Source of the DNA: Anaerolineae bacterium
GTDB lineage: Bacteria; Chloroflexota; Anaerolineae; Aggregatilineales; Phototrophicaceae
DNA length: 61,724 nt
Direction of reading: 5' to 3'
Assembly: GCA_034437755.1 (NCBI GenBank)
Contig: DAOTTV010000078.1
Location: 64,001-125,724 of the forward strand
This document shows positions 7,664 to 16,850 of this stretch, piece after piece (position 1 is the first letter of the stretch; each line of letters opens with the position of its first letter). The notes under the pieces were generated by a model. The model searched no databases and was not told the origin of the DNA. It worked only from the letters and a program-made list of their open reading frames with translations. The position numbers and the translations under genes were made by a program.

Positions 7664-8509
7664 ATGACCACGAGTTATACACGCGACGATTACCAATCCG
7701 CAGTCGATGTGATCCAGACACGTATCAGCACCGCCCCAACCATCGGCTTAGTGCTGGGGTCTGGCCTGGGCACACTCGCCGATACCCTTGCCGATCGGGT
7801 AGTAATCCCTTACAGCGATTTACCGCACTTCCCACAGTCAACCGTGCATGGGCACTCTGGCAATCTCGTCATCGGCACCTTAGAGGGACACACGGTGGTC
7901 GCACAGCAGGGGCGCGTTCACTTTTACGAAGGCTACACGATGCAACAGGTCACATTCCCGATTCGGGTGATGAGCTTGCTCGGCATCGAGACCATCATCC
8001 TCACGAATGCCGCTGGCGGTATCAATCCGGCGTATGCGGTTGGCGATTTGATGCTGTTGAACGATCACATCAACTTTTTGGGGATGGCGGGGCAACACCC
8101 GCTGATTGGTAAAAACGACGATACGCTGGGGCCGCGCTTCCTCGGCATGTCGCAGACCTATGATCGGCACTTGCGCGCGACCGCCCGCGCCATTGCCGAG
8201 GCACATGATATTCCCCTGCACGAGGGCGTATATACGTCGCTCGCCGGCCCGACCTTCGAGACACCGGCAGAAGTGCGGCTCTTACGCACCCTAGGCACGG
8301 ATGCGGTCGGCATGTCAACCGTACATGAAGTGATCGTCGCGCGCCATGCGGGTTTGCGCGTGCTGGCTTGCTCGGGCATCACCAACGTCGCCATCGACGA
8401 AATTGATAGCGATGCCGACGCTAATCACGAAGAAGTGTTAGAAGCCGGTCAGGTCATCGTCCCGCGCCTGACAACTGTCCTCAAAGGTGTTTTGCAGAGA
8501 ATGGACTAA
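7664..8509 (+). CDS. punA: Purine nucleoside phosphorylase (PNP-I family, inosine/guanosine type).
   Basis: RBS AAGGAG 7 nt upstream. 'GLVLGSGLG', 'TNAAGGINP' and 'SLAGPTFETPAE..GMSTVHEV' are canonical PunA/XapA motifs. Confidence 0.9.
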   Translation: MTTSYTRDDYQSAVDVIQTRISTAPTIGLVLGSGLGTLADTLADRVVIPYSDLPHFPQSTVHGHSGNLVIGTLEGHTVVAQQGRVHFYEGYTMQQVTFPIRVMSLLGIETIILTNAAGGINPAYAVGDLMLLNDHINFLGMAGQHPLIGKNDDTLGPRFLGMSQTYDRHLRATARAIAEAHDIPLHEGVYTSLAGPTFETPAEVRLLRTLGTDAVGMSTVHEVIVARHAGLRVLACSGITNVAIDEIDSDADANHEEVLEAGQVIVPRLTTVLKGVLQRMD

Positions 8510-8513
8510 CCTG

Positions 8514-9320
8514 ATGAATTTTATCTTCTTTGCGATTGAATGGGCGGCAATCCCGCTTCATATTCTGCTGGCAGTGATCGGTGTGTGGTACGGGTATCAG
8601 TTCATCAACGCCCGCTACGCTATCCGCTCAACGTACTTCGAACTAGAGCGCGATATTGCCCGCAACAAGCAAGCCAACGCCATCACCGCCATCATCATCT
8701 TGATCGAAATCGGCGTGTTGATCTTTGGCGTGCAAATGCGGGCTGTGCCCTATCTTGAGAGTGAGCGCGATTTCGATGAGCAAATTGCCCAGCAAGAAGC
8801 CCAACAAGTGCGCGATGGCGTTTTCGTGACAGACACGCCGCAGGCGGTCGCGCAGGGGATCGAGTTCGACGAAGGCACCCCCCTCGCAGAGAGTGAAATC
8901 GGGTTCATCCCCACACCGACACTCACCCCGACTCCGGTTGGGACGATTTTGCCCAACCCACCGCCGACACAGGGCTGTGTCGATGAAGCGGCGAATTTAC
9001 AAATTCCGGCGAACGGTATGCGCGTCTTCGCGCCGATTCCGGTGCGGGGTACTGCTTTCACCGATCAATTTTCGAGCGCGACGATTGAAATCAGCGGCCC
9101 CACGACCAACAATCAATTTTTCGTGGTCGATCGCTTGACCGCGCCCATCTTACAAACCAGCGATTTCAGCCAGTTTAATCCAGCAGGGTACGAGCCGGGA
9201 CGCTATGAATTTCGGCTGATGGTATTCGACCTGCGCGGAGATGTACTCGTCGCGTCGTGCCTCGTGAACATCTACATCAGCGCACCAGTGACCACGCCCA
9301 CACCCACACCCCGACGTTAG
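8514..9320 (+). CDS. Membrane protein with N-terminal TM helices and a Thr/Pro-rich extracytoplasmic region; hypothetical.
   Basis: Hydrophobic N-terminus with TPTLTPTP and TTPTPTPRR linkers. The start is ambiguous between GTG 8487 and ATG 8514. Confidence 0.5.
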   Translation: MNFIFFAIEWAAIPLHILLAVIGVWYGYQFINARYAIRSTYFELERDIARNKQANAITAIIILIEIGVLIFGVQMRAVPYLESERDFDEQIAQQEAQQVRDGVFVTDTPQAVAQGIEFDEGTPLAESEIGFIPTPTLTPTPVGTILPNPPPTQGCVDEAANLQIPANGMRVFAPIPVRGTAFTDQFSSATIEISGPTTNNQFFVVDRLTAPILQTSDFSQFNPAGYEPGRYEFRLMVFDLRGDVLVASCLVNIYISAPVTTPTPTPRR

Positions 9321-9416
9321 CGATGAAACTAGAAAAGCGCATGGGTACACGTTGTGCAAGGTGTGAAAGTTTTGACTGGACATGACTTTAGTCGAACAAT
9401 TCATTCAGGAAAACGT

Positions 9417-10100
9417 ATGAAACGCTACACCATTCGCGATATTCAAAAGATGAAAGACAACGGACAAGCGATTACTATACTCACCGGCTATGACGCAACC
9501 AGCGCCCGCCTCGCCGAAGCGGTCAATATCCCGCTGATTCTCGTGGGCGATACGCTAGGGATGGTCGCGCAAGGTCACGACTCGACTCTGCTGGTCACCG
9601 AGCAAGCCTTCGTCGTCGGCGATATGCCATTCATGAGTTATCACATCAGTCCCGCGCAAGCCCTCGAAAATGCGGGGCGCTTGATGCAAGAAGCCGGTGT
9701 CAGTTGTGTCAAGCTGGAAGGTGGCGCGGCGCGTGCGGAGACGATTGCACATATCGTCAACGCGGGCATCCCCGTGATGGCGCACATCGGTTTACCCCCC
9801 CAGAGCGTCCACCGCTTCGGCGGTTCTCGCGTGCAGGGCAGGCAACTCGCCTCCGCACGGCAACGCCTACGCGATGCCCGCGCCGTACAGGTCTTTCATG
9901 ATATTCTCGCGCTCTTTGACGATTTCGTACCGAAGCATACCAAACACTATGCCGAGATCGGCGAGATGATGCGCGTCGCGCTCCAACAGTATCGTGATGA
10001 CGTGCAAGCGCACCAATTCCCGACAGACGCGAATAGCTTTTCGATTCAGGATGAGATCATTGATCAGTTGAAAGCAGAGGTCACCGATGAAAGTCGTTGA
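9417..10100 (+). pseudogene. panB: 3-methyl-2-oxobutanoate hydroxymethyltransferase (PanB) homolog carrying an in-frame internal deletion of about 40 codons; probably inactive.
   Basis: The N-terminal two-thirds align with PanB ('ILTGYDATSARL..LVGDTLGMVAQGHDST..KLEGG..GLPPQSVHRFGGSRVQGR'). The segment that in E. coli and M. tuberculosis PanB holds the catalytic Glu strand ('LVLECVP') and the 'IGIGAG' loop is missing between 'RDARAVQ' and 'VFHDILALF'. The C-terminus resumes the PanB alignment at 'VPKHTKHY'. Confidence 0.6.
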
Positions 10101-10989
10101 GACGATTGCTGACCTACGCGCCGAACGACAACAGCTGACGGGTCAGGTGGGATTAGTGCCGACGATGGGCTATGTCCACGCCGGACATATGTCACTGATC
10201 GAAGCCGCACGCGAACAGTGTGATCGCGTGATTGCGACGATTTTCGTCAATCCGACGCAGTTCGCACCGGACGAAGACCTGAGTACTTATCCGCGTGATA
10301 TGCCGCGTGATCTCGCCCAATTCGAAGCCGCCGGTGTTGATCTAGTCTTCACGCCCACGCCAGAGGTCATGTACCCGCCTCGCTATCAGACCTATGTCAA
10401 CGTGGAAGACGTGACACAGGGACGCGAAGGCGGTAGCCGCCCGACACACTTTCGCGGGGTCGCAACCATCGTCAACAAGCTCTTCAACCTCACGCAGGCA
10501 GATGTCGCGTTCTTCGGGCAAAAGGACGCACAACAGGTGGTCGTCATCCGGCAGATGGTGCGTGACTTGAATATGCCGATTGCGATTGACGTATGCCCGA
10601 TCATACGTGAAGCGGACGGTCTCGCGCTCAGTTCGCGCAATGTCTATCTCAGCGCGGACGAACGACAAGCCGCACGTACCCTGCATCAAGCCCTACAGGC
10701 GACGGCTGATCTGTATGACAACGGCGAGCGCAATCCCGATCTTCTGCGCGAAACGGCTTATAATCTGCTGGCAGTCGAACCATTGGTGATAATCGACTAT
10801 GTGAGCTTAGCCGATGCGCGTACCCTGCGCGAAGTCACCCGTGCCACGGACGCGCCGGTGTTGCTCTCGCTAGCGGCACAGGTCGGCAAGTCGCGCTTGC
10901 TCGATAATTGTTTGCTCCCGCTGACGCTCAACACGCATGATGGCGCGACCGCGACTCTCGGTGCGAGCGTGCCCCATCGCGATACGTAG
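10087..10989 (+). CDS. panC: Pantoate--beta-alanine ligase.
   Basis: 'LVPTMGYVHAGHMSL' (HIGH-like), 'FGQKDAQQ' and 'LALSSRN' match PanC. It overlaps panB by 14 nt. Confidence 0.9.
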   Translation: MKVVETIADLRAERQQLTGQVGLVPTMGYVHAGHMSLIEAAREQCDRVIATIFVNPTQFAPDEDLSTYPRDMPRDLAQFEAAGVDLVFTPTPEVMYPPRYQTYVNVEDVTQGREGGSRPTHFRGVATIVNKLFNLTQADVAFFGQKDAQQVVVIRQMVRDLNMPIAIDVCPIIREADGLALSSRNVYLSADERQAARTLHQALQATADLYDNGERNPDLLRETAYNLLAVEPLVIIDYVSLADARTLREVTRATDAPVLLSLAAQVGKSRLLDNCLLPLTLNTHDGATATLGASVPHRDT

Positions 10990-11092
10990 CTAAAGCTATA
11001 AATAAGCGTTTACAAAGTTCTGACGCTTCGCTGATATTTTCTGGATATGATAAATATGTATCTAGCAAATTGAGTGACTCAGGAGTGAGACA

Positions 11093-11785
11093 ATGTTTTT
11101 CTTCGATCCGACCTATATTTTCCTCGTGATGATCCCGACGCTGATTTTGTCAGGGTTGGCGCAGATGTACTTGCGGGGTACGTACAGCACATGGTCACAA
11201 CGGGCGAATAGCAACGACCTGATGGGGCCTGACACTGCTGAACGCATCATCCGGCGCTCTGGCTTACAAAACGTGCAGCTAGAACTCGCAGACGGCGAAC
11301 TGAGCGACCATTACGACCCGACATCCCACACGGTGCGGATGTCGCCGGATGTCGCGCATACTAACAGTGTCGCCTCAATGGCGATCGTCGCGCATGAACT
11401 CGGTCATGCTCAGCAACATCAAGAAGGCTCGGCGATGATCGCGGCGCGCAGTTTCCTGTTGCCGGCGGTACAGATCAGCCCGACAGTTTCGTATTTCATG
11501 ATTATCGGTGGTCTGCTGATCGGTCTGTCAGGTCTGGCATGGTTGGGTGTTGCCGTATTCGCGATCAGCGTCGCCTTCATGCTCTTGACCCTGCCGATCG
11601 AATTCGACGCGAGCCGACGCGGGCTAAAACTGCTAGAAGAGACCGGTATGCTGGCGACTGAATCCGATCGCAATGGGGCACGTTCGGTACTGACAGCCGC
11701 GGCATTGACCTACGTTGCGGCGGCAATCGGTTCTGTTCTGCAATTGCTATACTGGGTGAGCATCGTCAGCAGTAGCCGCGAGTAA
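11093..11785 (+). CDS. Membrane-associated neutral zinc metallopeptidase (Zn_peptidase_2 family).
   Basis: HELGH zinc motif ('VAHELGHAQQ') with flanking TM segments. The length and topology fit the family. Confidence 0.75.
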   Translation: MFFFDPTYIFLVMIPTLILSGLAQMYLRGTYSTWSQRANSNDLMGPDTAERIIRRSGLQNVQLELADGELSDHYDPTSHTVRMSPDVAHTNSVASMAIVAHELGHAQQHQEGSAMIAARSFLLPAVQISPTVSYFMIIGGLLIGLSGLAWLGVAVFAISVAFMLLTLPIEFDASRRGLKLLEETGMLATESDRNGARSVLTAAALTYVAAAIGSVLQLLYWVSIVSSSRE

Positions 11786-11833
11786 ACGACCCATCAACGC
11801 ACAGGCGGGCATCTCATGCTCGCCGGTTGAGTA

Positions 11834-12199
11834 TCAGGCGAGGTATTGGTCCATCATCGAGAGCAGTTCGCGCTTGCTGACGGGTTTCGCGAGATAGTCA
11901 TCACAGCCGGCTTCAAGATACTGCTCGCGCTGTCCGAACATGGCGTTCGCTGTCAGGGCGATGATGGGGATATGCGCCACGTCGTCATCGGCTTTTAGCT
12001 GACGTGTGACATCCGTCCCATCAATATCGGGCAGGTTGATATCCACCAGAATGAGATCAGGATGTTGTGCGCGCGCAACCGCCAAGCCATCAAACCCATT
12101 GGTCGCTTCGATCATCGCATAGCCCCCGATCTTGAGCATCTTCCGCACCAGACGCATATTTTGCGGATTATCTTCGATATACAACACAACATGACTCAT
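11834..12199 (-). CDS. Single-domain response regulator (CheY-like receiver).
   Basis: Asp pocket 'IEDN..DLILVDINLPDIDG' and 'ALTANA..KP' are receiver-domain motifs. Confidence 0.85.
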   Translation of the reverse strand: MSHVVLYIEDNPQNMRLVRKMLKIGGYAMIEATNGFDGLAVARAQHPDLILVDINLPDIDGTDVTRQLKADDDVAHIPIIALTANAMFGQREQYLEAGCDDYLAKPVSKRELLSMMDQYLA

Positions 12200-12329
12200 C
12201 CTGGCTTACCTTCGTCACACGGCAGAATATAAGTCTATTATCGTATACGACGGATACGGCAAACCTTAAGGTTATTATACGCGAGTCTCGCACAATCAAC
12301 GCTCATCGGCGTACTTCTGAGCATGATCG

Positions 12330-13529
12330 TCAGATTTTATCGTCTTGATCGACACGATCGCGCAGGCGGGGGACGCGCCCTTGCTGAGGACGAAAACGCT
12401 GTAAGACGCGCCGCACTGCCCGCCGCAGATTAATCCAGCGATCGCGCAGGCGCGCCACCCAGTAGGACAGCTGGCGACGGCGACGATTGAGCATCCGCCC
12501 CTGCTGTTCGCTCGGCTCTGGCACGCCCCACTTGATGACCATCGATGCCCATGATAAGCCCCCACCGAAACCGACGAAAACCAGATGATTATCCTGCCGC
12601 ACCCGCCCCGCTTCGATCGCTTCACACAGCGCAATCGGGATCGATGCCGCTGATGTGTTGCCATAGCGTTCGACATTGCTCATGAATTTATCTTCGTCGA
12701 TTTTGAGCTTCTTCGCCGCCGATTTGAGAATACGCTGATTCGCCTGATGCGGGACGACGAGATCAATCTCATCGACATCAATGCCCGCCAGTTCTGCCGC
12801 ATCGCGGATGCTCTGATCGACGACTCGCGTCGCGAACTTGAACACTTCGCGCCCGACCATGTACATCTTCTGCACTTTGTGACCGTTCAACTCGCGCACG
12901 TTATTGGTCGGGATGCACAGCACATCAGCCCCAGCACCATCCGAGCGCAGGACGCTGGACAGCACACCGCCGACGTTCGTGCCGGCTTGCAAGACCACCG
13001 CCCCCGCCCCGTCGCCGAAGAGGATGCAGGTACTGCGATCCTGCCAATCCAGCACGCGACTCATCGTCTCTGCCCCGATGACAATTGCGGTTTGGATACT
13101 GCCGGATTTGATCGCCTGTGTTGCCATATCCAGCGCATAGACGAAACCCGAACAAGCGGCGGCGAGGTCGAACGCACCAGCGCGCTTCGCCCCCAGCCAA
13201 TTCTGGATCAAGCTCGCCGTACTCGGGAAGACATGCTCAGGCGTGGATGTCGCGACGACGATCAGATCAATATCAATCGGTAACACGTCTGCCACTTCGA
13301 GTGCGCGTTGTGCTGCCTTGTAGCCCAGCGTCGCCGTTGATTCGTGTTCGCCGGCGATACGACGTTCTTTGATCCCCGTGCGGGTTTGTATCCAATCATC
13401 GTCTGTCTCGACAATTGCCGCGAGATCGTGATTGGTCATCACGGACTCTGGCACAGCCATGCCCCACCCGACGATATGAGCGTAAATGCCCGTTGGGGAT
13501 GTCGCCACATGGTTATTATGCGTTGCCAT
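12330..13529 (-). CDS. fabH: 3-oxoacyl-ACP synthase III (FabH) with an unusual Arg-rich C-terminal extension of about 65 aa.
   Basis: 'AACSGFVYAL' (active-site Cys), 'HQANQRI' and 'GNTSAASIP' are FabH motifs. The family normally ends near 'GFGGGLSWAS', but the ORF continues into an Arg-rich tail. Confidence 0.85.
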   Translation of the reverse strand: MATHNNHVATSPTGIYAHIVGWGMAVPESVMTNHDLAAIVETDDDWIQTRTGIKERRIAGEHESTATLGYKAAQRALEVADVLPIDIDLIVVATSTPEHVFPSTASLIQNWLGAKRAGAFDLAAACSGFVYALDMATQAIKSGSIQTAIVIGAETMSRVLDWQDRSTCILFGDGAGAVVLQAGTNVGGVLSSVLRSDGAGADVLCIPTNNVRELNGHKVQKMYMVGREVFKFATRVVDQSIRDAAELAGIDVDEIDLVVPHQANQRILKSAAKKLKIDEDKFMSNVERYGNTSAASIPIALCEAIEAGRVRQDNHLVFVGFGGGLSWASMVIKWGVPEPSEQQGRMLNRRRRQLSYWVARLRDRWINLRRAVRRVLQRFRPQQGRVPRLRDRVDQDDKI

Positions 13530-14772
13530 TCTCGCTATACCGCCCCATGATTATCACTGCATTGTGGCCACCGAAGCCGAAAGCATTGCTCATTGTGTAG
13601 TGTACGTCGCGCGCGACCCCTTGTTGCGGCGTGTAATTCAGATCACACGCGGGGTCGGGTGTTTCGAGGTTAATCGTCGGTGGGATAAAATTATGTTGCA
13701 TCGCCATGATGCAAAAAATCGCTTCGATCGCCCCTGCCGCCCCCAGCAGATGACCCGTCATTGATTTAGTCGAGCTGACGTTGACGCTATAAGCATCTTC
13801 GCCCATCGCCAGCTTCATCGCGTTGGTCTCGGCACTATCGTTGAGGGGCGTGCCGGTGCCATGTGCGTTGATGTAATCAATATCTTTCGCGCTCAGCGCG
13901 GCATCTTCCAGCGCGAGCTTCATCGCCATCGCCGCCCCTGCGCCCGTCTCCATCGGCGCGGTGGGATGATAGGCATCGGACGTATGACCGTACCCACACA
14001 CTTCGCCGTAAATCGTCGCACCACGTGCTAACGCATGGTCGAGGTCTTCTAACACCAGTGTGCCCGCGCCTTCGCCAATCACAAAGCCATCGCGATCGGC
14101 ATCAAACGGACGCGAGGCTTTCTGCGGTTCGTCATTGCGCTTGCTCATGGCTTTCATGTTGTTGAAACCGGCAATCGTCAGCGGGATAACAGCGGCTTCG
14201 CTCGCGCCGGCGAGCATAACATCTGCTTGCCCGCGCCGGATAATCTCGGTCGCTTCGCCAATTGTATTGTTACCGCTGGCGCACGCCGTCGTAATGTTGA
14301 AGTTGGGGCCACGTAGACCAAACCACATCGACACTTTGCCCGCCGCGCTATCGATCAACAACTTGGGGATTGCCAGCGGACTGACGCCCCGATGCCCTTT
14401 TTGATCAAGCTCGAGCGTAGTCTCGACGAAGGTCGCCATGCCTCCGATGCCACTGCTGATAATACAGCCGATACGATAGCGATTATCATCCCTGATCTGG
14501 ATGCCGCTATCGTTCAAGGCTTCCATACAGGCGGCGAGTGCCAACTGTGTGAAGCGATCCGTACGTCGCACTTCTTTGCGCCCGATCAAATCTGCCGCGT
14601 CAAAATCTTTCACTTCCCCCGCAATGTGATTCTCAACTTGTGTGTAATCAAAGGCAGTAATCGTATCAATCCCACTATTGCCAGCCGCGATATTCTCCCA
14701 CGATTCGCTGACGCTGTTCCCAACAGGGCTAATCATACCTAAGCCTGTTATCACAACCCGTTTTTTGTTCAC
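13516..14772 (-). CDS. fabF: 3-oxoacyl-ACP synthase II (FabF).
   Basis: 'VVITGLG', 'TACASG' (active-site Cys), 'YINAHGTGTPLND' and 'GHLLGAAG' are FabF motifs. It overlaps fabH by 14 nt. Confidence 0.9.
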   Translation of the reverse strand: MNKKRVVITGLGMISPVGNSVSESWENIAAGNSGIDTITAFDYTQVENHIAGEVKDFDAADLIGRKEVRRTDRFTQLALAACMEALNDSGIQIRDDNRYRIGCIISSGIGGMATFVETTLELDQKGHRGVSPLAIPKLLIDSAAGKVSMWFGLRGPNFNITTACASGNNTIGEATEIIRRGQADVMLAGASEAAVIPLTIAGFNNMKAMSKRNDEPQKASRPFDADRDGFVIGEGAGTLVLEDLDHALARGATIYGEVCGYGHTSDAYHPTAPMETGAGAAMAMKLALEDAALSAKDIDYINAHGTGTPLNDSAETNAMKLAMGEDAYSVNVSSTKSMTGHLLGAAGAIEAIFCIMAMQHNFIPPTINLETPDPACDLNYTPQQGVARDVHYTMSNAFGFGGHNAVIIMGRYSENGNA

Positions 14773-14918
14773 CTAATACCCTCCAGTACCGAGCCATTGT
14801 GCAAGTATTCACATTATTAAACACAAGACCGGAGAATACGTTACTGATGTTCTCTCCGTCATCTGCTATAATGCCGCATTTAGTTGAACGCACAAGCGAC
14901 GAAAGTCTTACACAGATT

Positions 14919-15878
14919 ATGATTCTCATCACCGGAGCGACGGGGTTTATCGGGCGGCATGTCGTGCAGAGTCTGATGACCTTAGGCTTGCCCACCCGCT
15001 GTCTATTGCCCGACCATAAGACCGACGACCTGCCCTGGGATAGTGACCACGCCGCCGCACCTGAGATCATCATTGGCAACGTGCTCGACGAAGAAACCGT
15101 GTTCCAAGCGGTAACGGGTGTCCACACGATCATTCATCTGGCAAGCGCCCAATGGTGGGGGACAGAGCGCAATTTAGAGCGTATCGACTTATCCGGCACA
15201 CAGACGCTCATCACGGTTGCGCGCTCAGCGCGGGTCGGGCGTTTGATTTATCTGAGTCAGTTAGGCGCGTCACCATCGTCGGCGTATACCCTGCATCGCA
15301 TCAAGGGACAGGTCGAAGATGTGGTGCGTAACAGTGGCTTAGCCTATACGATCATTCGCTCGGGCGTGGTCTTCGGCGAGGGAGATGCGTTCATCAACCA
15401 TATTGCGATGATGCTCCAGAGCAATCCGCTGATTCATCTGATGCCGGGCGAAGGTGAGACTGTCTTACACCCGATTTATATTGACGATCTCGTGCGCTGT
15501 ATCACGCTCAGCCTCGAATCGCTGAATGCGGTCGATAACACACTTGAAATCGGTGGTATCGAGTATATCACATACGAAGACCTGTTGCTGACGGTGATGC
15601 GCGTGACAGGCAATCTACGCCTCATCATCCCCCTGCCGCCCTACGTGATGCGCCCGCTCTCGCGCTTCTTCAGCCTCATCTTGCCGCGCTCAATGATGAC
15701 TCCGCAGTGGCTTGATATTCTCGCGACCAATCGCACGACCAAGCTGGGCAACGTCTACGAGTATTTCGGTTTTCAACCGCGCCGCCTTGAAGATACCCTG
15801 CTGACGTACATGCCCCAGCGCAATCATTTTGTTAAACTGATGCAGAATACTTTCCGTCGTCGTCCGCGTAGCTTGTAA
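14919..15878 (+). CDS. NAD(P)H-binding SDR-family protein (NmrA / complex-I NDUFA9-like).
   Basis: 'MILITGATGFIGRHVV' is a Rossmann fold at the ATG preferred from homology. The long ORF begins at 14799. Confidence 0.7.
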   Translation: MILITGATGFIGRHVVQSLMTLGLPTRCLLPDHKTDDLPWDSDHAAAPEIIIGNVLDEETVFQAVTGVHTIIHLASAQWWGTERNLERIDLSGTQTLITVARSARVGRLIYLSQLGASPSSAYTLHRIKGQVEDVVRNSGLAYTIIRSGVVFGEGDAFINHIAMMLQSNPLIHLMPGEGETVLHPIYIDDLVRCITLSLESLNAVDNTLEIGGIEYITYEDLLLTVMRVTGNLRLIIPLPPYVMRPLSRFFSLILPRSMMTPQWLDILATNRTTKLGNVYEYFGFQPRRLEDTLLTYMPQRNHFVKLMQNTFRRRPRSL

Positions 15879-15899
15879 GTAAGGAGAAACGCAACACAC

Positions 15900-16799
15900 A
15901 TGGTAGACATCACAATTCGCCCTATTCATACCCGTGCCGAAATGGAAGCCGCCGTTGACCTGCAAAAAGTCTACTGGGGTCATGATATGTCTGATATTGT
16001 GCCCGTGCATATGCTGTTGTCGATCGCCCGTTACGGCGGGCACGTCCACGCGGCTTTCGCTGGTGAGCGCATGGTCGGCATGTTGATCGGGTTCTTGGGC
16101 GCGGATGTCGCGGTTGACGATACGCAGGATGCCTGCAAACGCCTGATGGTCATGTCGAAGCGCATGGTCGTCTTGCCAGAGTATCGGGGCAACAAAATTG
16201 GCGAGCGCCTCAAACGCACCCAGCGCGATTTCGCGCGCCAGCACAAGATCGAACTGGTCACATGGACGTTTGACCCCTTGCTCGCACGCAATGCATATCT
16301 CAACTTACACAAGTTAGCGGCAACTGGACAGCACTACGAAGAAGATTACTTCGGCGCGGGCGCGACCCACCCGACATTGAGTGCCGACCGCCTGACGGTC
16401 AACTGGTGGGTACAACATCTGAGCACGACCGAGCGTCTGAAACAGCCACAGCCACCCGCGCAAACGTTCGGCAACATCGTGAACACCGTCGTCATGACGG
16501 ATGCGGGGTTGCTCAAACCGATGCACACGTTGAACATCAGCGCGAATGCGTCTGCACAATTGCTAGAAATTCCGCTCGAATTCGTCCCGCTCAATCGTAT
16601 CGACCCCGATCTCGGCCGAGCGTGGCGCGATCATGTGCGCTATGCTTTCCGATCGTTGCTGGATGCGGGCTTCATCGCGACGGATTTTGTGCGCTTCAAG
16701 CAGACGGCGGCAATGCCCGATAGCCCCTTCGCGGATGAGCGCGACCGTGCCTGCTACATCTTCACCCGCGATGATGGCACCTATGACTTCAGCGGATGA
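15900..16799 (+). CDS. GNAT-family N-acyltransferase with a C-terminal extension.
   Basis: Motif A 'MVVLPEYRGNKIGERL' matches the acetyl/succinyl-CoA-binding Q/RxxGxG/A signature. Confidence 0.55.
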   Translation: MVDITIRPIHTRAEMEAAVDLQKVYWGHDMSDIVPVHMLLSIARYGGHVHAAFAGERMVGMLIGFLGADVAVDDTQDACKRLMVMSKRMVVLPEYRGNKIGERLKRTQRDFARQHKIELVTWTFDPLLARNAYLNLHKLAATGQHYEEDYFGAGATHPTLSADRLTVNWWVQHLSTTERLKQPQPPAQTFGNIVNTVVMTDAGLLKPMHTLNISANASAQLLEIPLEFVPLNRIDPDLGRAWRDHVRYAFRSLLDAGFIATDFVRFKQTAAMPDSPFADERDRACYIFTRDDGTYDFSG

Positions 16800-16850
16800 G
16801 CGATAATAGATTTGATTTTGATGACTCATAAACGGATAGGATGAACAGCT

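Noticed and set aside
12747-13283. A 178-aa plus-strand ORF.
   Set aside because: It is antisense to fabH, whose motifs are unambiguous.
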